Below are positions 23,952 through 33,418 of a DNA stretch of 64,000 bases, piece after piece. Both the position numbers and the translations under genes were made by a program. How positions within the stretch are numbered: the stretch's first letter is position 1; each line of letters begins with the position of its first letter. The stretch is taken from assembly GCA_041483195.1 (NCBI GenBank), contig JBGPFC010000002.1:96001-160000 (forward strand). The letters are read 5' to 3'. The DNA is from Candidatus Eiseniibacteriota bacterium (lineage in GTDB: Bacteria > Eisenbacteria > RBG-16-71-46). Under the pieces are notes generated by a model. The model saw nothing but the letters and a program-made list of their open reading frames with translations. It was not told the origin of the DNA and did not search any database.

Positions 23952-25601
23952 CTGACGATCTTCTCGACACTGTTGCGCTGGGGTCACAATCGGCACTACA
24001 GCCGCGGCATGGTGCACTTCAACCGCGGAGAATACGATCGAGCCGCCGAGTCGTTCGAGCGTGCGCTGGCCGAGGTGCGGGAGCCGTCCGATCCGGACTA
24101 CAGCCTCGCTCGATGCTATGCCGCCGAGGCGCGCTCGCAGCTCGGGCTCGCGTTCTTTCACGCCGGGCAGTACTCCAGCGCGGAGCGGGAGTTCACGCGC
24201 GCCCTCGAGGAGAACCCCTCGTTTCCCGATTTGCGCTACCTGCGGGCGCGGATCTACGAGCGCTCGGGGCGCACGCAGGAGGCGGTCGCGGAGCTGACGC
24301 TCGCGCTGGGGGACCAGCCGAACTACGTCGACGCGCACCTGCTGCTGGCGCACTGCCACAGCCAGCTCGGCGATCCAGCCCGGTCCGCCGCCTCGCTGCA
24401 GCGCGCGCTCGAGCTGGGTTACATCCTGCCGGCGGGCATGGAGTCATCGCGGGCCGCCGAATGGAATACCGCGGAATGGGCCGACGTGATTTCCGACGCG
24501 CGCCCGGCCGGGCCCGCCACGGGCTCACAGGATCGCGCCCTCGAGCGCTACCACGAGGGCGACCTGGCCGGCGCCATCGAGGACCTGCGACGGGCGGTCG
24601 CCGAGCAACCCGCGTGGGCCGACCGCCGCTGCCGGCTCGGGGGTCTGTTGCTCGAGGCGGGACGCCTGGACGACGCTCTGCTCGAGCTGGAACAGGCCCT
24701 GCGGATCAACCCGCGCTACCTGGAGGCACGCATGCTCGCAGCCCGCGCCCACCTCGAGCGCGGGGAGGCGGGCGCAGCGGTGGCCGGGCTCGAAGTGGCG
24801 ATCGCGAGCTTCCCCGACTATCCCGATCTCCACTTCTGGCTCGGGCTCGCGCGGTTTCGAGCGGGCGATCTGGCTCGCGCGGCGGAGACCCTCGAGCGCG
24901 CGGTCGAGCTCAATCGCCAGTTCGGGCGCGCCCAGCGCCTGCTCGCGCTCGTCTATCACGCGCTCGGGCGGCGCGAGGACGCGCTGCGGGCGCTGCGCCG
25001 GGGTCTGGCGCGCGATCGCGAAGTGCCGCACGCCGCGGTCGAGGCTGCGCTGCTGCTCGACCAGCTCGGCGATTCGGCGGCCGCCGAGACCGAGCTTGCG
25101 CGCGCCATCACGTTGCGACCCGGCTATCCCGACCTTCAGCTCGGGCTGGCGCGGGTGCGCGCCGGGCGCGGCGATCCCGAGGGAGCGCGGGCCGCGTACC
25201 TCGCGGCGCTCCGGCTCAAGCCGGATTACGGAGTGGCCGCGATGGAGCTGGCGCGCATCGAGCTGCATCTCGGCCGGCAGGCGGAGGCCGAGCGCCTGCT
25301 CGCCGAACTCGTCGGGCGTCATCCGCACTGGGCCGATGCGCAGGGGCTGCTGGGGCGCACCCGGCTGCTGCTCGGCAACGCGCGCGGGGCCGAAGCCCCG
25401 CTACGGGCCGCGGTCGCGCTCCATCCCGGATATGCCGCCGCGCGGGCGGATCTCGGGTGGGCTCTGCTCGCGCTCGCGCGCAGCCGCGAGGCCGACGAGG
25501 AATTCGCGCGCGCGCTGGAACTCGACCCACTCCATGCGCTGCCGCGGCAGCAGCTCGAGTGGCGGGAATTGCTGAGCGCGCGGCGGGAGAGCGCGGCCTG
25601 A
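23952..25601 (+). CDS. Multi-TPR protein (start uncertain: CTG 23952 after AGGAG, or ATG 23910)
   Basis: Repeated 'A...P.YPD/YAD...LG' TPR units throughout. Confidence 0.8.
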   Translation: MTIFSTLLRWGHNRHYSRGMVHFNRGEYDRAAESFERALAEVREPSDPDYSLARCYAAEARSQLGLAFFHAGQYSSAEREFTRALEENPSFPDLRYLRARIYERSGRTQEAVAELTLALGDQPNYVDAHLLLAHCHSQLGDPARSAASLQRALELGYILPAGMESSRAAEWNTAEWADVISDARPAGPATGSQDRALERYHEGDLAGAIEDLRRAVAEQPAWADRRCRLGGLLLEAGRLDDALLELEQALRINPRYLEARMLAARAHLERGEAGAAVAGLEVAIASFPDYPDLHFWLGLARFRAGDLARAAETLERAVELNRQFGRAQRLLALVYHALGRREDALRALRRGLARDREVPHAAVEAALLLDQLGDSAAAETELARAITLRPGYPDLQLGLARVRAGRGDPEGARAAYLAALRLKPDYGVAAMELARIELHLGRQAEAERLLAELVGRHPHWADAQGLLGRTRLLLGNARGAEAPLRAAVALHPGYAAARADLGWALLALARSREADEEFARALELDPLHALPRQQLEWRELLSARRESAA

Positions 25602-25697
25602 GCGCGGCGCGCGTGTGCCGGGGGCACGTCACGCTCGCCGGGGCGCGACCCCGTCAGCGGGGACGCGTTCGCGCTCGATGAGCCGGAATGACGCGCG

Positions 25698-25916
25698 TCA
25701 GACGGCCGGGATCTTCCGCCGGCTCCGCGCCGCTTTTTGCACCTTATTGCCGCGCAGGCAGCGCGTGCACACGTCGATGTTCTTGACCCGGCCTCCGACC
25801 AGAGCGCGAACCCGCTGAAGGTTGGGGTTCCAGATGCGTTTGCTCAGGTTGTGGGCATGGCTCACGGCGTGGCCGTGCATGGTTCCCTTACCGCAGACGT
25901 CACAGCGTTGAGCCAA
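25698..25916 (-). CDS. rpmB: 50S ribosomal protein bL28 (Zn-binding C+ form)
   Basis: TTG start after AGGAGG; 'CDVCGK...GHAVSHAHN...NPNLQRVR...VCTRCLR'. Confidence 0.97.
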   Translation of the reverse strand: MAQRCDVCGKGTMHGHAVSHAHNLSKRIWNPNLQRVRALVGGRVKNIDVCTRCLRGNKVQKAARSRRKIPAV

Positions 25917-25991
25917 GGCAAATCCTCCTGTGCAGAGAGCGGCCACCGGCAGTCCGCACCGGCGCCATCGAGGGCTCGAAAAGGACGGGAG

Positions 25992-26020
25992 AGACTAGCA
26001 GCCGTGAGCACGAGTGTAAA
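25992..26020 (-). promoter_or_regulatory. Sigma70-type promoter for rpmB
   Basis: Minus strand TTTACA-N17-TAGTCT. Confidence 0.55.
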
Positions 26021-26217
26021 GCGCGAGGCCCGTCCCGGCGCGAGGGCGCTCGGGCGGGCAGCCGTTCGAGCGGAACGGGCTTTTTCCAGGAGTGCGCCTC
26101 GCGGACAATGCGCGGGACGGCGCGGCGCAGGGCCGCGCCCTTGCGAATGAACCCGGGGAGCGCGATGCACTCGATGCCGATCCGCCGAGCCGCCGGGCGG
26201 TCCGCGCCGGCCCGCCG

Positions 26218-28311
26218 ATGCCGGCCGTGACCAGTTCGCACCTGGATCCGCAGTCGCGCCTGCAGTTTCTGCCGGGCGTCGGCCCGGTCCGCGCGCGCGC
26301 GTTCGAGCGGCTCGGACTCTGCACGCTCGAGCACCTCTTGCGTCACTACCCGCGGGCCTACCTCGACGCGCGCCGGTTCGTGAAGATCGGTGATCTGCGA
26401 CCGGGCGAGCTGGTCACGATCGACGGCGTGGTCCGCAACGCCGCAGCGATCCGTACCCGCGCCGGGCGCACCGATTTCGTCGCGACCCTCGAGGATGGCA
26501 CCGGCCTCCTGCCCTGCTACTTCTTCGGCCAGCCGTTTCTCGCGCGCTCGATCCGGCGGGGCGCGCGGGTCGTGGTGAGCGGCGAGCTCGACCCGATCGA
26601 AGGGCGGATGATGAACCCGCTGTTCGAGGTGATCGATGGCGACATCGAAGCCCTGCTCCACGTGGGGCGGCTGGTGCCGGTGCACGCGCTGACGCGGGGC
26701 GTCACGGCGCGCGCCATGCGGCGCGCGGTTCGCGCCGCCCTCGATGCCGCCGCGGACCGCGTCGACGATCCGGTTCCGCCGGAGATCGCGCGCACGCACG
26801 GCCTGGCTCCGCTCGCGGACGCGCTCGCCGGGATCCATTTCCCCGATGACGATGCGGCGCTCGCGGCCTCACGGCGGCGGCTCGCGTTCGAGGAGCTGTT
26901 CCTGCTGCAGAGCGTGCTCGAGCTGCGCCGGCGCGCGCTGCGCGAAGAGGGCCGCGGGTTGGGGAGCGCCGGCCCCGGCGCGCTCGCGGCCGCGGTGCGG
27001 CGCACCCTGCCCTTCGCGCTCACGGCCGATCAGGATCGGGCGGTCGCGGAAATCGTGGCCGACCTGCGCGCGACGCACCCGATGCAGCGTCTGCTGCTGG
27101 GCGATGTCGGCAGCGGCAAGACCGTGGTCGCGCTGCTCGCGGCCCTCCACGTGGTCGAGGCGGGACATCAGGTCGCGTTCATGGTGCCCACCGAGATCCT
27201 GGCGCGACAGCACGCGGAAACGCTCGCGCGCCTCCGCGGGGAAGCCGGCGTCGCGATCGCCGCGCTCACGGGAGCGACGCCCGCCGCCGAGCGCCGCGCT
27301 CTGCTCGCGCGGCTGAGCGCGGGCGAGCCCATGATCGTGGTCGGCACGCACGCGCTGCTCGAGGAGAAGGTGAAGTTGCCCCGGCTCGGGCTCGCGATCG
27401 TGGACGAGCAGCACCGTTTCGGGGTGCGGCAGCGCGCGACCCTCGCGCAGAAGAACGTGATCCCGGACGTGCTGGTGCTCACGGCCACGCCGATCCCGCG
27501 CACGCTGACGCTCGCGTGGTACGGCGACCTCGACGTGAGCCGGCTGGCGTTCCGGCCTGCCGGGCGCGGCCGGATCGTCACGCGCGTCACCGGCGAGGAA
27601 AAATTCCAGCTGGTGATCGAGTTCATGGCACGAGAGATCGACCGCGGCCGGCAGGCATTCGTCGTGCTTCCCGTGATCGAGGAAGGCGCCCGCATCGAAT
27701 CTCGCGCGGCCGAGGCGGAGTTCGTGAGACTGCGCGGGCACCCGATGCTGCGCCGCTTCGCGCTCGGGCTGCTCCACGGCCGGCTCAAGCCGGACGAGAA
27801 GCAGGCGGTGATGCGCGCGTTCGCGGAGGGCGCCACCCAGCTGCTGGTGACGACGACCGTGATCGAGGTCGGGATCGACGTGCCGAACGCGACGGTGATG
27901 GTGGTCGAGAACGCCGAACGGTTCGGGCTGACGCAGCTTCACCAGTTGCGGGGGCGCGTGGGGCGGGGCTCGAACCGATCGGTGTGCGTCCTGGTGCCGG
28001 GTCCGGGGGCGAGCGCGAGCGCGCGCGAGCGGCTCGCGGTGCTGGCCGATACGGAGGATGGGTTCGCGATCGCCGAGGCGGACCTGCGGCTGCGCGGGCC
28101 GGGCGAGATGTGGGGCACGCGGCAGAGCGGTCTGCCACGGCTGAAGCTCGCGGATCTCGCACGCGACGAACAGCTGCTCGAGGAGACGCGCGCCGCGGCG
28201 CGCGGTCTGGTCGCGGGCGACCCGTGGTTGCAGCAGGCCGCACACGCGACGCTCAAGGCCACGCTGCTCGCGCATTACCGCGAACCGCTCGCGCTCGCGC
28301 TCGCCGGATAA
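26218..28311 (+). CDS. recG: ATP-dependent DNA helicase RecG
   Basis: 'GVGP', 'RLAFEELF', 'GDVGSGKT', 'DEQHRFGV', 'TATPIPRT', 'QLRGRVGRG', 'DLRLRGPGE'; start approximate. Confidence 0.97.
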   Translation: MPAVTSSHLDPQSRLQFLPGVGPVRARAFERLGLCTLEHLLRHYPRAYLDARRFVKIGDLRPGELVTIDGVVRNAAAIRTRAGRTDFVATLEDGTGLLPCYFFGQPFLARSIRRGARVVVSGELDPIEGRMMNPLFEVIDGDIEALLHVGRLVPVHALTRGVTARAMRRAVRAALDAAADRVDDPVPPEIARTHGLAPLADALAGIHFPDDDAALAASRRRLAFEELFLLQSVLELRRRALREEGRGLGSAGPGALAAAVRRTLPFALTADQDRAVAEIVADLRATHPMQRLLLGDVGSGKTVVALLAALHVVEAGHQVAFMVPTEILARQHAETLARLRGEAGVAIAALTGATPAAERRALLARLSAGEPMIVVGTHALLEEKVKLPRLGLAIVDEQHRFGVRQRATLAQKNVIPDVLVLTATPIPRTLTLAWYGDLDVSRLAFRPAGRGRIVTRVTGEEKFQLVIEFMAREIDRGRQAFVVLPVIEEGARIESRAAEAEFVRLRGHPMLRRFALGLLHGRLKPDEKQAVMRAFAEGATQLLVTTTVIEVGIDVPNATVMVVENAERFGLTQLHQLRGRVGRGSNRSVCVLVPGPGASASARERLAVLADTEDGFAIAEADLRLRGPGEMWGTRQSGLPRLKLADLARDEQLLEETRAAARGLVAGDPWLQQAAHATLKATLLAHYREPLALALAG

Positions 28312-28385
28312 TCGCGGCTTGCGCTCACGCGCGGTTCGGGCAGAATGTCGGCGTCTCGCATCGGGATCGAGGAGGAGAGTCCGCG

Positions 28386-28955
28386 ATGACCGTTCAGTGC
28401 CCACATTGCGCCACGCGCTACGAGCTGCCCGGACGTCTCATCGGCGCCGGGGGAGCCGAGGTGCGTTGCCCGCGCTGCCGTCGGAATTTTCTCGTCTCTT
28501 CGGATGGGGTCGTTCTGAGCCCGGCAGCTCCCGCGGGGGGCCCGCGATCCGCGCACCCCGAAGCTCGCGAGCCCGCACGCCCCGATCCCCGCGGGCCCGC
28601 CCGCCCCGCCGCGGAAGCCGGCCCGACGGCCACGGGCGCCGGGTCGGGCCCGACCGGCGGCGCCGCGGAACGGCCGGGCCCCGCTGCGCAGCAGATCGCG
28701 ACGGCTCCCGATCCGCACGTGATCGCCCGCGCCGTGCTCGGAGACCTCGCCGAGCGCTCGGGCGATCCCCTCGCCGAGGCCGGCGCGCAGGGGCGCCTGT
28801 TCTCGGAATTCGGCCCGGCGTTGCTGGGGGCATTCGACGAGTATCGCCGCCGGGTGGGAGCGGGGGCGCAGCCCGGGCCGTTCCGCGAGGCGCTGCGGGA
28901 ACGCTGGGGAATCGAGCTCGAGCCGCGCTGGGGCGAGGACCCCGCGACGCGCTAG
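28386..28955 (+). CDS. MJ0042-type zinc-ribbon protein with Pro/Ala linker and helical C-terminal domain
   Basis: SD GGAGGAG; 'VQCPHCATRY...VRCPRCRRNF'. Confidence 0.8.
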   Translation: MTVQCPHCATRYELPGRLIGAGGAEVRCPRCRRNFLVSSDGVVLSPAAPAGGPRSAHPEAREPARPDPRGPARPAAEAGPTATGAGSGPTGGAAERPGPAAQQIATAPDPHVIARAVLGDLAERSGDPLAEAGAQGRLFSEFGPALLGAFDEYRRRVGAGAQPGPFREALRERWGIELEPRWGEDPATR

Positions 28956-30221
28956 CTAGCGCGAGGTGTCGCTTCGCATCAGCTCCGGGTCGCGCCGCCC
29001 CCACATCGCGGCAGTCAGCCCGGCCAGCGAGACGACCAGGGCGCACACCAGCAGCGTCACGCGCGTGCCGAACCCGCGCGTCAGCCAGGCCGCCGCGCTC
29101 ACCGATGCGAGGAACAGCAGGCGCATCAGGAAATCGCGCGTGCTGAAAACGCGCCCGCGCTGCTGCAATTCCGTCCCCTCCTGAATCAGCGTTTCCGAGA
29201 GCACGAAGGCGGGCGCGACGAACACCCCCACCAGGAAGCTCGCCCCCGCGAAGACCGCGAATCGACTCGACAGCGCGAACGCGGCGAGCGCGCCCCCGGC
29301 GAGCAGGAATCCGACGCCCAGCAGCAGCGGACGCGGCACGCTGCGACCGCGGGTGTTCACCCACCAGGTGCTGAGCCCGCTCCCCAGGCCCAGCGCGCAC
29401 AGGAGAACGCCCAGCCGCTCCATCCCCGGCAGACTCGCGGCGCGCTGGATGTGCAGATTCCCGGCGACGTGCAGGAACCCGCCGCCGAGCCAGACCGCGG
29501 CCAGCGCGATGAGCCCGAGCCGCACCCGGGAGCTTTCACGCAGGACGCGCCATCCCTCCCCGACCTCGAGCAGGTAGCCGCCCCACGTGAGCTCCGGCCT
29601 CTGGCCGCGATGCTCGGGCGGCCGGTAGCGCACCAGCGCGAGCGCCGCGACCGAAACCAGATAGGTCCCGGCGTTGATCCGCAACGCCATCGCCCAGCCC
29701 CAGTGGTCGACGACCCATCCGCCCGCGAGGGCGCCCGCCGCCGTCGCCGTGATGCCCGCGACGGACAGCAGCGCGTTCGCGGCCAGCAGTTGCGCGTGCG
29801 GAACGATCTCGGGAGTGATCGCGCTCTTGGCGGGGAGGAAGAACACGTTGCAGGTGAAGAGCAGGAACACCAGCCCGAACACCGGTGCCGCGAGATGGCT
29901 CGAGGTGTAAAGCAGCGGGATGGCGAACACCACGCCGGCGCGCAACGCGTCCGAGACGATCAGCACTCGGCGCAGGTTCCAGCGATCCACCCACGCCCCG
30001 GTGAATGGAGCGAACAGCAGCACCGGCGCGAGCATGACGTTGGCGAGCAGCGAGAGCAGCCACGACGAACGGGGGTCGAGAAAGTGCCGCGTGTGCTCGG
30101 CGAGCAGGCCCACCAGCGCGAGGTAGGTGAAGCGCTCACCGAGGATCGAGATCAGCTGTCCCCACCAGAGCGCTGAGAAATCGCGCTGGTGGAGCAGCGG
30201 CGTCTCGGCCCCCGCCGCCAT
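28956..30221 (-). CDS. MFS transporter
   Basis: 'DFSALWWGQLISILG', 'GAWVDRWNLRRVLIVSD', 'RGRVFS'; about 12 TM segments. Confidence 0.9.
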   Translation of the reverse strand: MAAGAETPLLHQRDFSALWWGQLISILGERFTYLALVGLLAEHTRHFLDPRSSWLLSLLANVMLAPVLLFAPFTGAWVDRWNLRRVLIVSDALRAGVVFAIPLLYTSSHLAAPVFGLVFLLFTCNVFFLPAKSAITPEIVPHAQLLAANALLSVAGITATAAGALAGGWVVDHWGWAMALRINAGTYLVSVAALALVRYRPPEHRGQRPELTWGGYLLEVGEGWRVLRESSRVRLGLIALAAVWLGGGFLHVAGNLHIQRAASLPGMERLGVLLCALGLGSGLSTWWVNTRGRSVPRPLLLGVGFLLAGGALAAFALSSRFAVFAGASFLVGVFVAPAFVLSETLIQEGTELQQRGRVFSTRDFLMRLLFLASVSAAAWLTRGFGTRVTLLVCALVVSLAGLTAAMWGRRDPELMRSDTSR

Positions 30222-30231
30222 GGGCTCGGGC

Positions 30232-31374
30232 CTAGGCGGCGCTGTGGACGGCGCCGCGTCGCGCAAGCGCCTCGCGGTAGACCCCCTCGATGCGGTCGGT
30301 GACGCGGGGCCACGCGAACTCCAGCGCGCGCGTGCGCCCCCGCGAGGCGAGGACCACCCGCCGCTCGTGATCTTCCACGAGCCGTGAGAGCGCGTGTGCC
30401 AGCGCCCGGCCATCACCGGCCGGGAACATCACCCCATTCTGGTCGGGGACGACGACCGAGCGATACCCCGGGATGTCGGAGGCCACGACCACGCGTCCCG
30501 CCGCCATCGCCTCGAGCAGGACGATTCCAAAGCTCTCGTTACCTGAGGCCGGCGAGACGAAGATGTCGCCGGTTGCGTACCAGCGCGGGAGCTCGCCGCT
30601 CGGCACGTGTCCAAGGAAGACGACGTGCTCACGCAGCGCGGCCGGCACCGAGGCCTGATACCGCGGCCGCAGGTAGGAATCGCCGACGATCAGGAGCCGA
30701 GCCCGGCCGTGCGTGCGTTCGACCACCTCGGGCATGACATCGAGCAGCAGCTGAACACCCTTGCGCGGGTCGAGTCGGCCGACGAAGAGCAGGTTCACCT
30801 TGTCGCGATCGCGCCAGCGTTCGAACGGCTGCACCGATGGATGGAAGCGATCGATGTCGACCCCGTTCGGGATCACGTGGTACTCGCCCGGGAAGTAGCG
30901 GGCCGTGAAATCGCGAGCGGTGTTGGAGACTGCGATGCGCGCGTCCAGGCGGGCCACCACCGGTTCGAACCAGCCCTTGATCCAGTCGAACACCCGGTTC
31001 GGCGTGCCGGTGGTGTGAAACGTCCCGACCTGCGTGCATTCCGCGGCGAGAATCGCGAGCAGCGGGAGCGTGGGGACGAGCGGGGCGTGCGTGTGGAGCA
31101 GATCGAAATCGTACTCGCGCATGATCGAGCGCAGCTGGCTCTTGAGACGGATCCCGATCGCGAGATCGACGAACGCCCCATTGAAAGGCACGAGGACGTT
31201 GTATCCGATGCGCACCACGCCCGGCGCGTGCATCGCTTCACCCTGTCGAAAGCGGCTGGTGATGATCGTGACGTCGTGCCCGCGCCGCCTCAGCTCGAGC
31301 GCGGTGTAATGCACATGCTCGGTGACGCCGCCGTAGCGCGGATAATAGGACTGGGAGACGATCCCGATCCTCAC
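30232..31374 (-). CDS. GT4 glycosyltransferase, PimA (phosphatidylinositol mannosyltransferase)-like
   Basis: 'MRIGIV...GGV..HV', 'VPFNG', 'VGTFH', 'ARIAVS', 'IPNGVD', 'ESFGIVLLEAMAAG'. Confidence 0.8.
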   Translation of the reverse strand: MRIGIVSQSYYPRYGGVTEHVHYTALELRRRGHDVTIITSRFRQGEAMHAPGVVRIGYNVLVPFNGAFVDLAIGIRLKSQLRSIMREYDFDLLHTHAPLVPTLPLLAILAAECTQVGTFHTTGTPNRVFDWIKGWFEPVVARLDARIAVSNTARDFTARYFPGEYHVIPNGVDIDRFHPSVQPFERWRDRDKVNLLFVGRLDPRKGVQLLLDVMPEVVERTHGRARLLIVGDSYLRPRYQASVPAALREHVVFLGHVPSGELPRWYATGDIFVSPASGNESFGIVLLEAMAAGRVVVASDIPGYRSVVVPDQNGVMFPAGDGRALAHALSRLVEDHERRVVLASRGRTRALEFAWPRVTDRIEGVYREALARRGAVHSAA

Positions 31375-32267
31375 GACGCCTGCACGCTCCGCGCCGCGGC
31401 CGCGGGCTCGGCCTCGGCGGCCGGGGCCGGCTCCCATAGCGGCCGGAAGATGCACCACTGGTCGAGGTGTTCGCGGATGTGTCGCGCGGCGGAAGCTGCG
31501 ACGGCGGCGTTGAGCGCCGCCGTGTTCTCGAACCGGGCGGGGTCGAGCGCAGGCTCCATCACGATTCGGAATCGCCCCGGTCCGAGTCGCTCGCAGAACC
31601 CCGAGATGATGAGTGCCCCGGTGCGTTGCGCGAGAACTCCGGGGCCGGCGGGAAACCGCATCTCGCGCCCGAAGAATTCGACGGTGACGCCGTGGCTATA
31701 GACGTCGCCGTCCACCATGAGCGCCACGAGATCGTTGTGCTCGAGCGCCCGCAGCAGCTTCCGGAAGCCGTCTTCCGGGGACACGGTGTGGATCGCGAGC
31801 TCGGTTTTCGTCTCGCGCACTGCGGGGGTGAGCCAGCGGTTGAGTTGCACCCCGGCCACCGCGTGGAGCGCGTATCCCCAGTGCGCGAGCACGACCGCCG
31901 CCAGCTCCCAGTTTCCGACGTGGCAGCTGCTGAGGATGACCCCGCGTCCGCGCGCAACCGCCTGCTCGAGGTGCTCGCGTCCCACCACCTCCACCGATCG
32001 GAGCAGGTCGTCGCGGGTCAGGTGGGGCAGCCGGAAGAACTCGAACATCATCCGATTGTAGCTGCGCATCATCCGCCGGACGATGCGCAGCCGGTCGCGG
32101 CGGCTTGCCCGCGGGATGACAACCGCCAGATTGGCGAGCGCGGCATGCCGACGGGAGGGGAAGCATCGAAGATGGAGCTCGGTCAGCGCGTCCGCGAGCA
32201 GGTAACCGAGGCCGAGCGGGAGACTGGCGATCAACGATGTGAGCCAGCCGAAAACGAGTCGAGACAT
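31371..32267 (-). CDS. Lipid acyltransferase (LpxL/PatA family)
   Basis: 'GRGVIL..CHVGNWEL', 'VEFFG', 'DQWCIF'; GTGA overlap with the PimA-like gene. Confidence 0.85.
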   Translation of the reverse strand: MSRLVFGWLTSLIASLPLGLGYLLADALTELHLRCFPSRRHAALANLAVVIPRASRRDRLRIVRRMMRSYNRMMFEFFRLPHLTRDDLLRSVEVVGREHLEQAVARGRGVILSSCHVGNWELAAVVLAHWGYALHAVAGVQLNRWLTPAVRETKTELAIHTVSPEDGFRKLLRALEHNDLVALMVDGDVYSHGVTVEFFGREMRFPAGPGVLAQRTGALIISGFCERLGPGRFRIVMEPALDPARFENTAALNAAVAASAARHIREHLDQWCIFRPLWEPAPAAEAEPAAAARSVQAS

Positions 32268-32319
32268 CCTGTTCCCCACTCCTTGTATGGACCGGCTGGG
32301 CGAGCGATCCGGTGAGGCG

Positions 32320-32349
32320 AAGCTACGGCCTCGCGCGAAATGCTGTCAA
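32320..32349 (-). promoter_or_regulatory. Sigma70-type promoter for the acyltransferase-GT4-MFS operon
   Basis: Minus strand TTGACA-N18-TAGCTT. Confidence 0.6.
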
Positions 32350-32427
32350 GGCGCCTGGGTGCCTCGCGCGGGCCGTGCGCGCGCCGAAACTCGCGGGGGA
32401 AGGAGCCGCGCACATCGCGCCCGATCA

Positions 32428-32457
32428 TTGACCCGGCCGCGCCGCGAGGGATACGAT
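32428..32457 (+). promoter_or_regulatory. Sigma70-type promoter for the hypothetical gene at 32580
   Basis: TTGACC-N18-TACGAT. Confidence 0.5.
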
Positions 32458-32579
32458 GCTCACGTTCGGCAGCGCGTCGAACCGGGTTTTCGAAGCCGGG
32501 CTTCGGCCCCGATGCCATGGATGGACATTGCGCGGCAATCGCATGCGACTCGCCGCTGCCGCGCGCGGAGGGTACGGTC

Positions 32580-32999
32580 ATGGCCAGTCAGAAGCTGGTT
32601 CGCTGCCTGATCCGTCGGCGCGGCAGCCGTGAGGATGGAAGTCTGCGATTCATTCCCCTCGAGATCTTCGGGTTGTGGGAATACCTCATGAGCACCAAAC
32701 ATGACTTCGAGGTGGTCGCGCCGCGGGCTTCACTTTGGCTCGACATGGAGGACTCTCCCGAAGCGGCATACAGCGAGAATCAGTACGAGCGCGTCACCGA
32801 AGTCTCGGCATTCGTCTACTCCGGGCGCGACGAGATGTTCACGCGCGCCTGCCGGTATTTCAGGAGCGACGAATGCGAACGCCTGAAGAGCATCTTCCTC
32901 GCGCACTACGCCGAGGGCGACGAACACCCCCAGACGCACGTTCGGGAACGCCAGGGCATCTGGCTGCACCGGCAGGCCGGAGCGGTTCCCATCTCCTAG
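32580..32999 (+). CDS. Hypothetical protein (139 aa)
   Basis: SD GGAGGG; globular, non-shadow amino-acid composition; own promoter and downstream hairpin. Confidence 0.7.
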   Translation: MASQKLVRCLIRRRGSREDGSLRFIPLEIFGLWEYLMSTKHDFEVVAPRASLWLDMEDSPEAAYSENQYERVTEVSAFVYSGRDEMFTRACRYFRSDECERLKSIFLAHYAEGDEHPQTHVRERQGIWLHRQAGAVPIS

Positions 33000-33002
33000 T
33001 GC

Positions 33003-33025
33003 GAAGGGCCGCGGCGCCGCCCTTC
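33003..33025 (+). terminator. Hairpin after the 32580 gene
   Basis: GAAGGGC...GCCCTTC inverted repeat right after the stop; no clear U-tract. Confidence 0.4.
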
Positions 33026-33132
33026 CGCCAGCCCGCGAGATTCCGTCGCACGGCACCCTGCCGGGCCCCGCGGTTCCCGGGCCCCCCGGGGCGGCACCTC
33101 CTCGCTTCCCCCTGGCCTCGCGTTCTTTTCGT

Positions 33133-33160
33133 TCAAGCCGCCGTGAGCCCGCGCCGATAG
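33133..33160 (+). promoter_or_regulatory. Sigma28 (FliA/WhiG)-type promoter upstream of mglA
   Basis: TCAAG-N15-GCCGATAG. Confidence 0.6.
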
Positions 33161-33418
33161 CACTCCCTGTATAGGCAGGCGCCCGGCCAAACGCCAGGTC
33201 AGGCGGATGCGGTCCTCGCCGCCGGCGTCCGCAGGGCGCCAGCAGACGAGAATCGCGGCCCCATCCGATGCGTGAGGATCGTTCGGGCGACGCGTTTCGG
33301 CGCGGAAGCAAATGGACGGTTTGCACCATCCTCAAGGTTCCCGTGGAGAAAGGGCGGCAAGGGGCTCCGTGGGACAAAATCTTGTGACAGGGTGGGGTCG
33401 CTCAGGGAGGAACTCATC

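Noticed and set aside
28045..28052. GCCGATAC inside recG as a further sigma28 -10
   Set aside because: No TYAAG at the 15-nt spacing; explained by coding sequence
33194..33203. CCAGGTCAGG resembling the SRP RNA core
   Set aside because: The following conserved GNRA loop and GGAAGCAGC segment is absent, so SRP RNA is not supported
33207..33387. Small ORFs in the mglA leader (22 aa and 39 aa)
   Set aside because: No SD, no coupling and no recognisable features
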